Shown here: piece by piece, positions 1 to 19,090 of the stretch
How positions within the stretch are numbered: position 1 is the first letter of the stretch
How the letters are laid out: every line of letters starts with the position of its first letter
Origin: Pecten maximus
Lineage: Eukaryota
Assembly (NCBI RefSeq): GCF_902652985.1
Contig: NC_047020.1
Coordinates: forward strand, 37,696,001 to 37,760,000
Length of the DNA: 64,000 nucleotides
Direction: 5' to 3'
Notes under the pieces: generated by a model
Databases searched by the model: none
What the model was told of the DNA's origin: nothing
Seen by the model: the letters and a program-made list of their open reading frames with translations, nothing else
Position numbers and translations under genes: made by a program

Positions 1-22
1 TTGTTTTTTTTTTTTTTTTTTT

Positions 23-288
23 CAAACGTAGGGACTATAAATGACAAATTTCAGTTGCCAAAATCAAAGATTGCTGCGTGTCGGCCATTTTGTTACTGAT
101 CAAAATCAAAATTTACCTGGCATAACTAGGGACCAAGAGGAACTTACATGTGAAATTTGAGAAATATTCCTCCAGTACTTCTCAGGTTATGGCAATGACA
201 AGAAGTGTTTACGGACGGACGCACGGAGGTACGGACCACGGACGGAGAGGTATTTGAATAGCCGACCATCTAATGATGACGGGCTTAA
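23..288 (+). mobile_element. 3' part of a non-autonomous pearl/HINE-like element (core repeat + ACGG microsatellite)
   Basis: Core segment (ACAAATTTCAG...GGGACCAAG...AGTACTT) is shared with 1610-1780 and followed by (ACGG)n. This layout is typical of bivalve pearl/Helentron-associated elements (recalled). Confidence 0.55.
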
Positions 289-980
289 TAGTAAACTATA
301 AGGTCTTTTGTATCTGTCGTTCATGCTGTGTCAATTTGTCATATGTATTAATATGTCCTTGAAATCCTCAAGGTTCTTAAGACAATATTTTCTGACGTTA
401 ACCTTTTGGCTGCTGTATCGATGACAGCATCCTACAAGTCTTGTTCAAATCCACGCTGTGTTACGTAAACTGTGAATGACAGCTCAACCATCGATCATAA
501 ATCGTAATCAGTTTTCATCAGCATGCATCTCCTAAAGCCTTATGATTTAAGTTTGGCCGTCAGCAGCAGACATCTTTCTGGAGGAATTTTTTTATTGAAA
601 CAAACCCTTCAATAACCTTTTATTACCAAATGTCAATCACGAAAAATGCTTTGTTTGATTCTTTACATGTTTATCGTTGCATATTGCATCAGATAAGCAA
701 ACCCATCAACTAATTCTTAGAAAACTTCATATTTGAAATATTGTATATCTTGACTTTTCACATTATATGCACTGTATACTTTTAAAGAAATGTATATTTT
801 CCTGGATTTTGTATTTATTTTGGTGACTAATTCATTTTTAAGATCATACCTATGAAAACAAGTATTTCCAGTTACGCTGACATAATACAATTTCAGTTGT
901 TATAAATATATGTGTTAAAATATCTAACAGGGACAGAAATCGTTGAATATGGATATGTAAAAGATCCGGCTCCGGCCGTT

Positions 981-1355
981 GACTTTATATATTGAGATCC
1001 AAGAGGGATCCTGGCGACCGCCATTAACTGTATATATTGAGATCCAAGAGGGATCCTGGCGCCCGCCATTAACTGTATATATTGAGATCCAAGAGGGATC
1101 CTGGCGACCGCCATTAACTGTATATATTGAGATCCAATGGGGATCCTGGCGCCCGCCATTGACTGTATTTATTGAGATCCGAGGGGGATCCTGGCGCCCG
1201 CCATTAACTGTATATACAATTGTATTTAGATCCAAGAGGGATCCTGGCGCCCGCCATTAACTGTATATATTGAGATCCAATGGGGATCCTGGCGCCCGCC
1301 ATTAATTGTATATATTGAGATCCAAGGGGGATATAGTGCCCGCCATACACTGTAT
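981..1355. repeat. 45-bp tandem minisatellite, ~8 copies
   Basis: Unit TATATATTGAGATCCAAGAGGGATCCTGGCGCCCGCCATTAACTG; the ORF track shows matching 15-aa periodicity. Confidence 0.95.
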
Positions 1356-1413
1356 GTATTGGTTCTACGTCAGACTTTTCTCTACTTTCACATCTTCCTC
1401 ATATTTATTTGAT

Positions 1414-1845
1414 AACAAGCGGATCCCACTGATGAAATCTATAGACGATCTAAGAAGAACTTTCTGGGAAAATCGGTAACAGATTTCAACTGTTAAAAAC
1501 ACCTAAAAAAAACATGGCTAAAATTAAGCATGAACAGGTTGGCGGCCAAGGGACATCTTCATATCAAATCTGTGAAAGATCTAAGAAGAGCTAACTGAGA
1601 AATAGCGATAACAAATTTCAGCTGTTAAAATCGATGATGGCTGTAAATTGCAAATTGCTCTTGGTTTCCTTTTCATGATCAGTCTAGAAATTTATCATGC
1701 ACTTCTTGGGACCAAGGGAAATCTACCTATGTCATTTTATCCTTCAAGTACTTGTCAAGAAATATCTCAATTACAAGGTTTACGGACGGACAGACGAACG
1801 GACGACGGACCACAGACGAAAGGTCATGTGGGTCAGGAAGCTCAT
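1414..1845 (+). mobile_element. pearl/HINE-like element with ~140-bp internal repeats and ACGG microsatellite
   Basis: Starts AACAAG, contains repeated GATCTAAGAAGA...TAACA(G/A)ATTTCA(A/G)CTGTTAAAA units, ACGG repeats at ~1782-1810 and ends GGTCAGGAAGCTCA. Homologous to 23-288. Confidence 0.5.
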
Positions 1846-3039
1846 TGATGCTATCATCACACGGCAACATATTGCTCCTGAGGTGAGCATGTCTCATACC
1901 GAGATCAATAGAACCATATTGTACTGACATTTAGAGAAGTTAATATAAAATTTCTATATCAGAGATTTAGTTCCTATATCCCTTATGTTATCCTTCACAG
2001 CACCATTGGCATCTCCCTAGGTCGTTAGTAAGTCAAATATATCGCTTACGAAATTATTCACCAGACGAAAAATCTATCACTGTAAGATTACCGGAAGTAG
2101 CATATCAATCATGCGCACTGATGGGTAATGTAAGTGATGGAATCTGCTCCGTCTGTCTAGTTTCCAGCCATCTATATAGAAAAGTTGTCCTGTCGCACTG
2201 TGTATTGAAGTTGTAAATACTGGCTAATGAGTGAGGGACGGTGGTTAACAGGCTTGATAGATGAGGGATATTTTCGTATGTATTCATAACTATGTGAAAA
2301 TCATAGGTAAGATTAGGAAATATCACAAATGAGGCTGTAACTCATCTCCAAATCATGAGCAGTATTACTGTCGCTACCTACAAATCCATTTCTGAAACAC
2401 ATCTAGACTGGCTAACGGTATTATCAATCGAGAACAGCTTAGCTGCTCGCCCATCGACAAAACATCTCAATACATGAAAACGTGTACATGTAGAGATTTG
2501 TATTCAAAAGTGTCTAAAAAATGGAAAGCATGGGGGAAATGGCTTCTTGTAAAACTTGGCCATTTTTTGGACTCGGAGAATATCAGAAAATATCATTCGA
2601 CATATTGCTAGCACTTCATATACAACGCGGTGAATACTTAGTAGATCGTCCGCGTTTGAAATCAAGTATGAGTCGGCCAAGAGAGGGTCACAGATTGTTA
2701 AAAGATTTTCGTACAAATGTATATAACAACCAGTCGTTGAGTTTAAACGTACACGGAACTGGCTGAAATATAAGAAAATCTATTTACATATGAATGACAT
2801 GTGGGAGAAAAGGAAAAGATAAATTTATGTCTTATTTCACATCAAAATATTATAAAATAATAAATTGTTTAAATATTTTTCGGGTTCCACAAAATCAGTA
2901 TATAATTAAATTGTTTTTAATTGTGAATTACCCCCTTAACACTGATTTTTTGTTTTTGATTTAGTTTTTTTTTTTTTTTTTTTTTATATCTTTCAGTAAT
3001 TCTACAACAAAATACCCTGGAACAAAATAATGTAAACTT

Positions 3040-3715
3040 TATTTTGTTTCTTTTGATAGAGTATATGACACATTTTGGATCGACAAACAGAAATCGGATA
3101 TGGAAACAAGCTTGAAAGCTTATACTAGTCCACTTCCTTCAATTGGAATTTACATTACTGAGTTGGACAACAATAAACAAAAACTGAGAGAAAAAAGATA
3201 TGTGATCATATACAAACCTTAATATTTTCTACTAGAAGGAGAGGGTGTACAGGGAGGAGGGGGATAGGTGAAAATGCAGTGGACTTGCCAGCTTAATTAT
3301 TAACTACATCAAATCTTTCATGATTATAATATCTCCATTTAGAGAAAAAAATTACAGGGTACCAAATGATTCGTTAACTGAGGTAGTAATTTCCAAATTG
3401 ATGAAAGTAACGAACATAGTATGTATGAAATTAAAAGCGTTTAGTAGAAATTATAAACTTTTGAATACGTGTAAACAATTCCCTATTTTATTCGAAAGAG
3501 AGGTTTTCATCTCCAAATGGTAACAACCTTTCAGTTAAGTGATACTGATTGGTCTGATTGAAGTATGGCGTGCGGAGATTAACGTATAGTGGGCATTGCA
3601 AAAGATAGTGGATGAACAGAGAGGACTATCAACTAAGCCTTTCGAGTAAAGGTGGCTACATTCCATTCTTAGTCTCGCATGGAGGATCTGACCTTGTACT
3701 TGGAAATAAATAGAA
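3040..3715 (-). mobile_element. CR1-type LINE 3' fragment (ORF2 C-terminus + 3' UTR), degenerate
   Basis: Translation ILHARLRMECSHLYSKGLVDSPLCS matches the conserved HARLR...SP.C motif at mollusc CR1 ORF2 C-termini; UTR-like sequence follows downstream. Confidence 0.65.
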
Positions 3716-4535
3716 TATAACAAGAATTAATCCAAATAATGGCGAAATTTGTCACTTATCTTTTTTTAGAATCAATATTTGACAGACACCATTGCCCATT
3801 GCGTATTCCTCTGTACAGACTTAAGTATAGTTTTAACCACATCTGACAGATTTTGGATTTATTTATGCATGCATTTCAGCATTACATGCAATATTAAAGA
3901 TAAAATAAAAATTTGAAAGTAAACAAAATTGCATGAAATTGCTTGACTTTACCTTTTTTCAATTGTTAACAATTTGCAAATTTGTTCTTCAATAAATTAA
4001 TGATTCCAGGATAGTTACATATAGCAAAAGAAGATTTCGAGTTAGACCTTCGAAATGCACTGAAAAAAAAACGAACATAAAAGCCAATCGTTACGCCAGA
4101 TATGAAAACAATATCGATATTGATAAAATCCATGCAATTAAAATATGATAATGAATGACAGAAAAGTCTGGGTCCATAATTGAATCCTAGATTTGTTTTC
4201 GTAAAACAAAAGCTTTCTAATATTTTACTGAATCTTCCAAGCAAAAAATAATCAGAAAGGATTAGTCAAATCGTAGTACGATCTTGGTGACCGACAGAAA
4301 CAGAGACAAATCGGCAGATACGTCATATATTAGCAAAAACAGGCTTCCTCCGGGACAAAGATAAAAATAATTATATTGAATCGTATCAATAAAACATCAA
4401 GTCGTTTTAATATTGCCATGCAATTTCATACTACAAAAAATCGAGGTTGGAAACATTTCATTTTGCAATAACAAAATGAGTCGTTACACTGAGTGTAACC
4501 AACTGCAATGTATTACCGTAAATCAACACGAAAAT

Positions 4536-4632
4536 GGAATGTCCGCACGAGGGTGGAATGTCCGCACGAGGGGCGGAATGTCCTTCCGCACGATGGTGGA
4601 ATGTCCGCGAGAGGGGCGGAATGTCTGCACGA
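4536..4632. repeat. short ~19-22-bp tandem repeat (GGAATGTCCGCACGAGGG), ~5 copies
   Basis: Direct inspection. Confidence 0.85.
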
Positions 4633-6309
4633 AGACGGACAAACGTGCAGCCTTGTGTCATCACGTATTCCGATATCTTAAGATGGGATCATCAAATTTT
4701 GTTTAATGTGTGAACTTTGTAGCAACGGTGCCATCATCCTCTGCCATATGTGTGTCAAAGTGTCTATACACATTGTAATATTTTGCCGTATTTTTTCCCA
4801 AATTCACACCAAACAATCGTACTTTCGTTTGAAACATGTAACAGTGCATACTAGACCTACAATTATGGCATAAATAATTTGTATATTTCTTTAAATATTT
4901 TCAATTTTTAGTATTTTTTTATCAATTCAGCATAGATTTAAAATTAATCCGTGACAAATAATACCTAATTAATACCTATATGTTCAAAGATATCATTATC
5001 CCTTGTCGACCTTAAAACGTATGGTTATAAAACCATGTTTTGGTTATTCAATTGATTAATTACTTTAGTATGTCATAAATTAATGTTGTCTTTCAGGTTC
5101 CTTATCAATTTGTTTGACGTTTTAACATTAATCAACTAGGAAAGTAACACTATTATCAAAACAATATCGAATTAGGTTTTTATCTTGTTTTCCTTTCAAA
5201 TATCATTGAACCGTGTCGAGTTATTGGTTTGCACAAGTGATGCTATTTTACATAACCTCAAACAAGAGGATTTTCGCAAGCTTCCAAGAATGCTGCATTT
5301 TTTTAATTATTTTTTTTTTTTTTTTTTTTTTTCTGTGGATTTTCCGCTGAGTTAGCATGATAATTTTTGGTATTTATGTTGTTCTCATCTATTGTCTGAA
5401 CACTTGTAATGATGTCTATTTCTGTTTTATAATAGACACTAATTTTTAACAAAATTAATTTAAATCAAGCAATTTCACCAAATATAAAGCTTAACATTGA
5501 ATCCATTTTGTTGCATAATTCATTTTTATTCCTTTTAAATCAATGACCATTTTTGTTCAGCCCCATTCAGCTCACGATTTTTCATTATTAATTGCAAGAA
5601 GAAAATATAATTCAAGTCATTATCAAAAGAGAGAAAAGCAGTTTTATATCGAAAACCGCGATGTTTTATTGAACCAGTGACAGTTTTTATTGTTAAATTA
5701 ACGAGAAACATACTTCAAAAACTCATATTTACGTCTTCCAAGAAATAATTTTCACAGCATTAATAACTCTCGCTGCGACTTGTTTTCTGTTGTTGACAAC
5801 TGGGTGTGTAGAAATTTCAAAATTACATGTTGTGCCGACGCCAGTATTATAGGGGCAGTTTTATGATTTTGAATCGTAAAAGAAATATCTAACAACAGCT
5901 GAATGCGTGACAAAGCTATCCTGGAATATATAATTTAAGTGAATTGCAGTTTTTCTCAAAAAATTTCAAAATTGCTGACGTATTCATATTGCCATCATGA
6001 ATCAAATGTATATTTCGACTAATTAAAATAGGGGCGCATTTATTTTTATTTTAGCTCTATTGATATTCATATTTCAATTTAATCCTGATACGTTTTGACC
6101 AAAATGAACACAGCTGTTTATATCTACATTAATATTACATGAATATGTTTCCTTCATCGCATTGACATTGTGGCGTAAAGCTGATATAAAATAATTATTA
6201 AATTGCATTCGTTACAAACAGACATGACTTTTGCTTGTCAATCAAGATGTTATTTTTCCCTCTCCTGTTTTCTCCGTCCACCTAACTCACTTAATAAATC
6301 TCTCTATTT

Positions 6310-6310
<1 letters not shown>

Positions 6311-6360
<50 letters not shown>
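6311..6360. repeat. (CTTT)n microsatellite
   Basis: Direct inspection. Confidence 0.95.
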
Positions 6361-7038
6361 GTCTTCCTTTCCCAACCTTAAATTCTCCGTACAAAAAAAA
6401 TAAGAAACTTAATATACATAAAAAGCGTCATTTGTTTGTATGTTGACACGAATATATTTTTTGCATTGATAAAAACCTCTTTAATTATAATTTAAAAAAT
6501 GGCATTCGTAACGTGTTATTTTAGAACCATGAAATTAGTTGACAATTTATTAGTCATTGATTTCATGAACCTGCCGTAAAGACAAAACGACTTTTTTATA
6601 GTCAATATAGAACACAGGCCCCTGTCTCTAGAATTTTAAAATATTAGCAAAATTTGGAAATTTGAGCTTAAAAGATCTGGCTTATCACAAGTTGCAAACT
6701 TAGAGGATAAGCTAGTTTTGGAGCTCAGCTTGGCAATGCTGTACAAAAAAATATACAGGAACTGGCAACCAGTATATCAACTGGGGCATATTGAATTAAT
6801 TGTAGACCATGGTAAATTTTGAATGGATGTCATTTATTTTGAATAATGAATAATCATTAAAACGTCATGTAACTTCATTAAAATGAGCCAACTTATACAT
6901 TAATGCGGAGGAAAAGGGAAATTACTGCAAAATATATTTCTTAAAAGTGAGTTTGATGTTTGGGCTGTAACCTCAGGTAGCGGAGTGTCCGGGAGAGCAG
7001 AATAAATGTTCTTCGCCAAATAATGCCACATTCCCTAG

Positions 7039-7265
7039 TGCCTTTCACCAGGGCGACCGGGGTTCGATTCCCCGATCGGACGTGAAAAGGTATGGGGTAA
7101 CCTGCCCGACCACGTGGGTTTTACCCGGGTACTCCGGTTTCCTCCCATAGTAACACTCCTCGGACGCTTCCATCCAAGGCCAACAAGCGGGATTAATATA
7201 AATAATATAATTTGTTTCGTAATTGCTGTAAAATGAATAAAGTTTACAATTTACAATTTAACAAA
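7039..7265 (+). mobile_element. tRNA-derived V-domain SINE, family B (5'-truncated)
   Basis: B box GGTTCGATTCC, V-domain motif GTGGGTTTTACCCGGGTACTCCGGTTTCCTCCCA, tail (TTTACAA)n. A second copy lies at 59846-60226. Confidence 0.8.
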
Positions 7266-8683
7266 TAACAAAATATCAGTAGAGACAATGTCTAGCATCT
7301 TTAGAAAACAAAATAGTTCTTTAACTCGACCTTATAACCCAGAAAATAGAAATATCGGAATCCCTAGCTTGGATTTGATTACATTACTGTGCAGAATACA
7401 TGGCTCATTACAGGAAAAAATAAATGTTAGGAAAAGGAACACAAAATTGTATTATATCTTCAGAGGTCAATACAAGTACGATGTTTAATTTATCAACTCA
7501 AACGGCCATCGACAACAAGTCTCGCGGTCACCGCGATGCGACCGATGTATCAGATTCCTACATTTCAAATGTCTCTTGATTGTGGGGTCTCGTGTGATCG
7601 GCCAATCTTTAATTCCTTAAAGAAATTTCTTTGAGATGTTATATTGGCTTAAGAATTTACTTGTCATACCGTAAACACATTTCATTAGCTACAAGCGATC
7701 CGATGAATGATAAAGAAAAGAAAGCTCCAACCGGAAATATTGGATATGATCCATCATCTGTCCTGCTGGACAGTCCATTCCGGAGCATTGTCAGCTTAAC
7801 ATAGTTTTATCTAAAATAACGTAATATTATTGATAATATTAAATCATATGATCTAAGATGTCGAATCCATTATCATTCTAATTATTTTCAAATCGAATGA
7901 GATGAAAAGAATTATTGGGAGGAAAAAGAACGAAAAAAATCTTTTTTGAAAGTTTTATAATCATTTAGACAATTTTAAAAAATCTGTTTTAAGCTAACAA
8001 TGCGTTAATATTGTGTTTCTGTGGTGGAAATGTCAGTCCAATGTTGGCAGCATAGTGGCTCACCGCCTAGCCAAGCTATAACTCATCGAGTGGTTAGACT
8101 GGGATACAATCACAGAATTAATCTCGCCAAAGTCGGGATTAGACAGAAATATTAGGGTAAATTATTAGTTACATTTTTATTGTAGACAACTTGTACACAA
8201 ATGCTATTTTGTTTCCCTATCATTTGATGGGATTTTCCCTGATTGAATACATGTTAGGTACACAGGGTTAATGAAAATTCAAACATTTCATCAATGCGAA
8301 CTGTGGAAGGTCTAAGCACTAGTAGTTTTTTTCACTTTCTCTTCCAATCGATCATCCTATAGATATAGACCCTCTCTACCGAATCAGATTCCCCGACGTT
8401 TGTATAATGAAAAATCAGTGATGGTACTTAAGCATGCCATCACTAAGATAACGAAAGTAATCCTGTTTTAAGAAGTCCAAGGTTTAGAATTAAAGAGCAA
8501 TATATATATAAATGACAACGAGAAAGACATTAATGAAACATTAACCATGAAGATATTTATCGCTATTTTTGTCAAACACAACGTTTTGAATTATACATAT
8601 AGTTTGGTGATCAGTGTAGTTGCAGCTGTGTTGATTTAATTCAATAATTAATCGACGTCTTATTCAGAAAATGAATTCAAATA

Positions 8684-8884
8684 CTGTAAACAAACATATT
8701 TTCGCAATTCATTTTCCCGTATTTCGCGGGCGATTGAAATTCGCAAAAGTTATTGGCAACGAAAAAAAATTCAATCACAAGTACAGTATTTATTTTATGA
8801 GTGTAAATCGCTCAATTAAATCACCGCGAAAAAGTAGTTAAGAAGGAAAACGCGAAACTAAGTTGCCGCGAAAATAAGTTTACA
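8684..8884. mobile_element. Tc1/mariner-type MITE (degenerate)
   Basis: TA|CTGTAAAC...TTTTCGC left end and GCGAAAATAAGTTTACA right end are inverted; repeated CGCGAAA motifs. Confidence 0.55.
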
Positions 8885-9431
8885 TTATCACCCACGTGGA
8901 CGGCCATTCTCATTCATAGTTATGTTACTGTTATTCGTGTTAGGAGTACAGATGCAAAAAAGCTACTATACTGCAGGCGTACATTTATTGGAGTGGGGGG
9001 AGGGGGGTTAAATTTTCTCTATTTATAGAGTATGATTTTTATGCATCCACAATATACTCTTGTAACTGAAGGCAATATACAATATTTATATTTCCACTCA
9101 ATTCAGACTCAATGAACCTACCACAGTTAGCTCGAGTCATTTTTCAATGAACTATATCAAGTCCGGCGTAGGAATACATTTGTCGAGCTTGGACTATATT
9201 TTTTTTAATTCCTTTTCAAAAGTAATCATATTTATATGAAATCAATTCCTTTAAAACTAATATTTGTTTTAATTCGCTATTAAGTTTGTTCACGAAAGAA
9301 ATCCTGAAAGTATTAACCATATGTAGACGAAGAGTAATGACGTACATTTCGGTAAGTTCCGTGGTAGATTTGCACAAGTCCCTATTTGTCAAAGACAAAA
9401 TATTGTACAAAATATCAAAAAAATATAAATA

Positions 9432-9593
9432 TAAGGATTGAATAAAGTTATGTTGAATTGTATGGGGGGTATAAACCTCAAAAGGTCTTGAGACAAATTT
9501 ATTATGAACTGCTTCGCAGTTCATAAAATTTGTCTCAAGACCTATTGAGGATTATACCCCCATACACATCAACATAACATTATTCAATCCTTA
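9432..9593. mobile_element. fully palindromic (foldback) element, ~80-bp arms
   Basis: TAAGGATTGAATAA...GTCTTGAGACAAATTT...ATGAACTGC-TTC-GCAGTTCAT...AAATTTGTCTCAAGAC...TTATTCAATCCTTA. Confidence 0.85.
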
Positions 9594-10819
9594 AATAACT
9601 GCAGATAACGTAATAATAAAAAATAACAAAGAAATAATGATAACAATGAAAACTTATCACGCTAAAATAAATTAATTGCTTTTTAGCGTTAATTTATTTG
9701 AGAGTTTTAGGTTTTCGATTTTGTATGTTTGTTTTTTGTTTGTTTGTTTTTTGTTTGTTTGTTTGTTTTTCGTTGTCGTCCTCGTCGACGACGGTTTCTA
9801 GCATTACATTTATACAGTGGTCTCTACTTAGCTTGCCATTTATATATAAACATTCCTACAATGTCGCTTCTATTAAAATAATCCATTGCAAACACCATCT
9901 TTAGATTCATTATTCCAGAGGAAATAGCTTGATTTTTGCGTTTTGTAAGAAATGTGTCGTAACGTACAAAGATCATTTGTTAGATTGCATGTATTTTATT
10001 TTGCAATTATACATCTAGTTTTAAAAACACTCCAACAATACTTTAAATATACTCGTTTCAATTGTGATTACTGTGATGTACAAATAGCTAATTCCGAAAC
10101 GTGGAATAGAAATGCCATTGATGTCACAGAAAAAAAAACTTAATGACTAAAACCCTATACTTTAAACCACTCCGTAAACAGATGTAAAGGCCCTTAATGA
10201 ACCAAGGGCAAGTTTTATCAAGATCAATCGTGTCCGCTGCTCCCTTCGTAAGTGATTACCCTCAGTATTTAATATCATTCGCTGCCGATCGATTTTATCT
10301 CAACTCAACTCGACATTTCGACCGATTAATGAAAACATGTTGAACTCATTTCAGCGTTGTTTTTCAATTGTAAATGGGAGCGAAAGAAAGTCGTGAGTTT
10401 TTGGGATTTTTTTGTTTGTTTTGTTTTGGTTTTTTTTTATTGTTTTTTCTTCTTCTTCTTTTTAATCCTTTTTTTTTTTTTTTTTTTTTTTTATTTATTT
10501 ATTTATTTCGCCTTTTACAACTATATAGACAGATGAAGAACGACTATAATATAGTCCGTTTCAAAAACGCGTCAGACTGATATATTGCGCTATTCAGATA
10601 AATAATGATTAACTATCATGAAGCAATGTCTTGTTTAAGAATTCAAAAAAGTAAAGGACGCCCAGACGAATGACAAACACAGGTTCTGTAAAAGTTGTTG
10701 AGATAAATATGTATGTCTTAACAGGCAATTCAACACACGAAGGAACGTAAGATGATAATTAGGATACTTGAAGTTGAAAGACTTTATTTATTTTTCTCCT
10801 GTCTTCCGAGAATTTTCTA

Positions 10820-11050
10820 NNNNNNNNNNNNNNNNNNNNNNNNNNNNNNNNNNNNNNNNNNNNNNNNNNNNNNNNNNNNNNNNNNNNNNNNNNNNNNNNN
10901 NNNNNNNNNNNNNNNNNNNNNNNNNNNNNNNNNNNNNNNNNNNNNNNNNNNNNNNNNNNNNNNNNNNNNNNNNNNNNNNNNNNNNNNNNNNNNNNNNNNN
11001 NNNNNNNNNNNNNNNNNNNNNNNNNNNNNNNNNNNNNNNNNNNNNNNNNN
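10820..11050. other. assembly gap (231 N)
   Basis: Run of N. Confidence 1.
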
Positions 11051-11055
11051 ATATT

Positions 11056-11104
11056 GTCATCACCACCACCACACTGTCATCATCACCACACTGTTATCAT
11101 CATC

Positions 11105-11156
<52 letters not shown>

Positions 11157-11237
11157 CACGTTAACCCTAACACTGTCATCATCATCATCACACTGTCATC
11201 ACCATCACACTGTCATTATCACGCTACCATCATCACC
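11056..11237. repeat. (CAT)n/(CAC)n microsatellite region
   Basis: Direct inspection; it flanks the gap. Confidence 0.9.
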
Positions 11238-12307
11238 GGATCCAAAAACTTTAAAGACAATGAAAGAACACAAAAGAAGACTTGGGAATGTGCCATTATG
11301 ACAACAACCTAACCGTCATGCATGAAGAACAAATAGAGGAAACTCCAAGCAAGCCAGCATTGACCAAATATTTCGAAATTCATGCTCAGCTTGTTCAGTT
11401 GCTGTCATAAAAACTTTGATTTGATGGTGTTTTACATCCATTTAATATATAAAATTACGTCATTAGACAATGATATCCACAGATGATGGGGTCACCAACG
11501 AGCCATTTTAAAATGTCATATCAATGAAATGTCAGAGTGAGGTGAATTGCATCGTACCAGGTCATATTACCCCTAGAACAGGATAATTAGCGATGTCTAG
11601 AGATACATCTCCGGAGGGAAAGTGTAGGCAGAAGTGATATGGATGTGGTCCTTACTGTTGTAATGGGGTATAAGATATTAATATTCAGTTCTGCAGACTT
11701 CCAAAAGAGAAAACAAAGATGTTTCATTTCAGAAGCATTAAACTATATTAGGGCATAGAATCAAGATAGTCTAGCGACAAAAAGGTCACAGGAGTCACCG
11801 ATCCTTCCTCTCTTGTTTAGCCCATGTAATCAGGTTTAACATCTGTTTACATCAAAGATTTGAGACAGTTACACGTGATTCCATGCGATAAACCTTTGTA
11901 TTCGTTAACTTCTTTCTAGAGATAGAAAATGCTGGGAAATAGCCTTGATCTAATAATTATCCTTGATCTGAGAAATAACACGGATTTTCGTTTTCTGAAT
12001 AAACAGGATATCTGAGATGACGGATTAAGACAAAAACTAACAAAACGCATAGCAACGAATGGTAACTGATCATGGCGCAATTAAGTTTGACTTCCAAGGT
12101 AAAACGTTTTAAGATATAAAATTCTTTACTGCTAGAACAAATACACCTGAGAATTTTCTCTTTTATTAAGGTTATCTGGGATGGCTACAATTGAACTCTG
12201 GTAAATTGAACCAGCTGAGAAGTCGCTTATCAACCATCATCAAAATATAGTTTCTATAATATTAGTCTTGATATTTTCTTCACCAAAAGTCACACAATAC
12301 ATCTAAA

Positions 12308-19087
<6,780 letters not shown>

Positions 19088-19090
19088 ACA

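Noticed and set aside
2090-2392. Possible minus-strand exon after a TGTGTTTCAG acceptor
   Set aside because: All three frames hit stops within about 26 codons; no recognisable product.
11161-11170. Telomere-like TAACCCTAA
   Set aside because: Fewer than two units; chance occurrence within a microsatellite.
10752-11312. Poly-His/poly-Ser ORFs
   Set aside because: Produced by the N gap plus the (CAT)n microsatellite.
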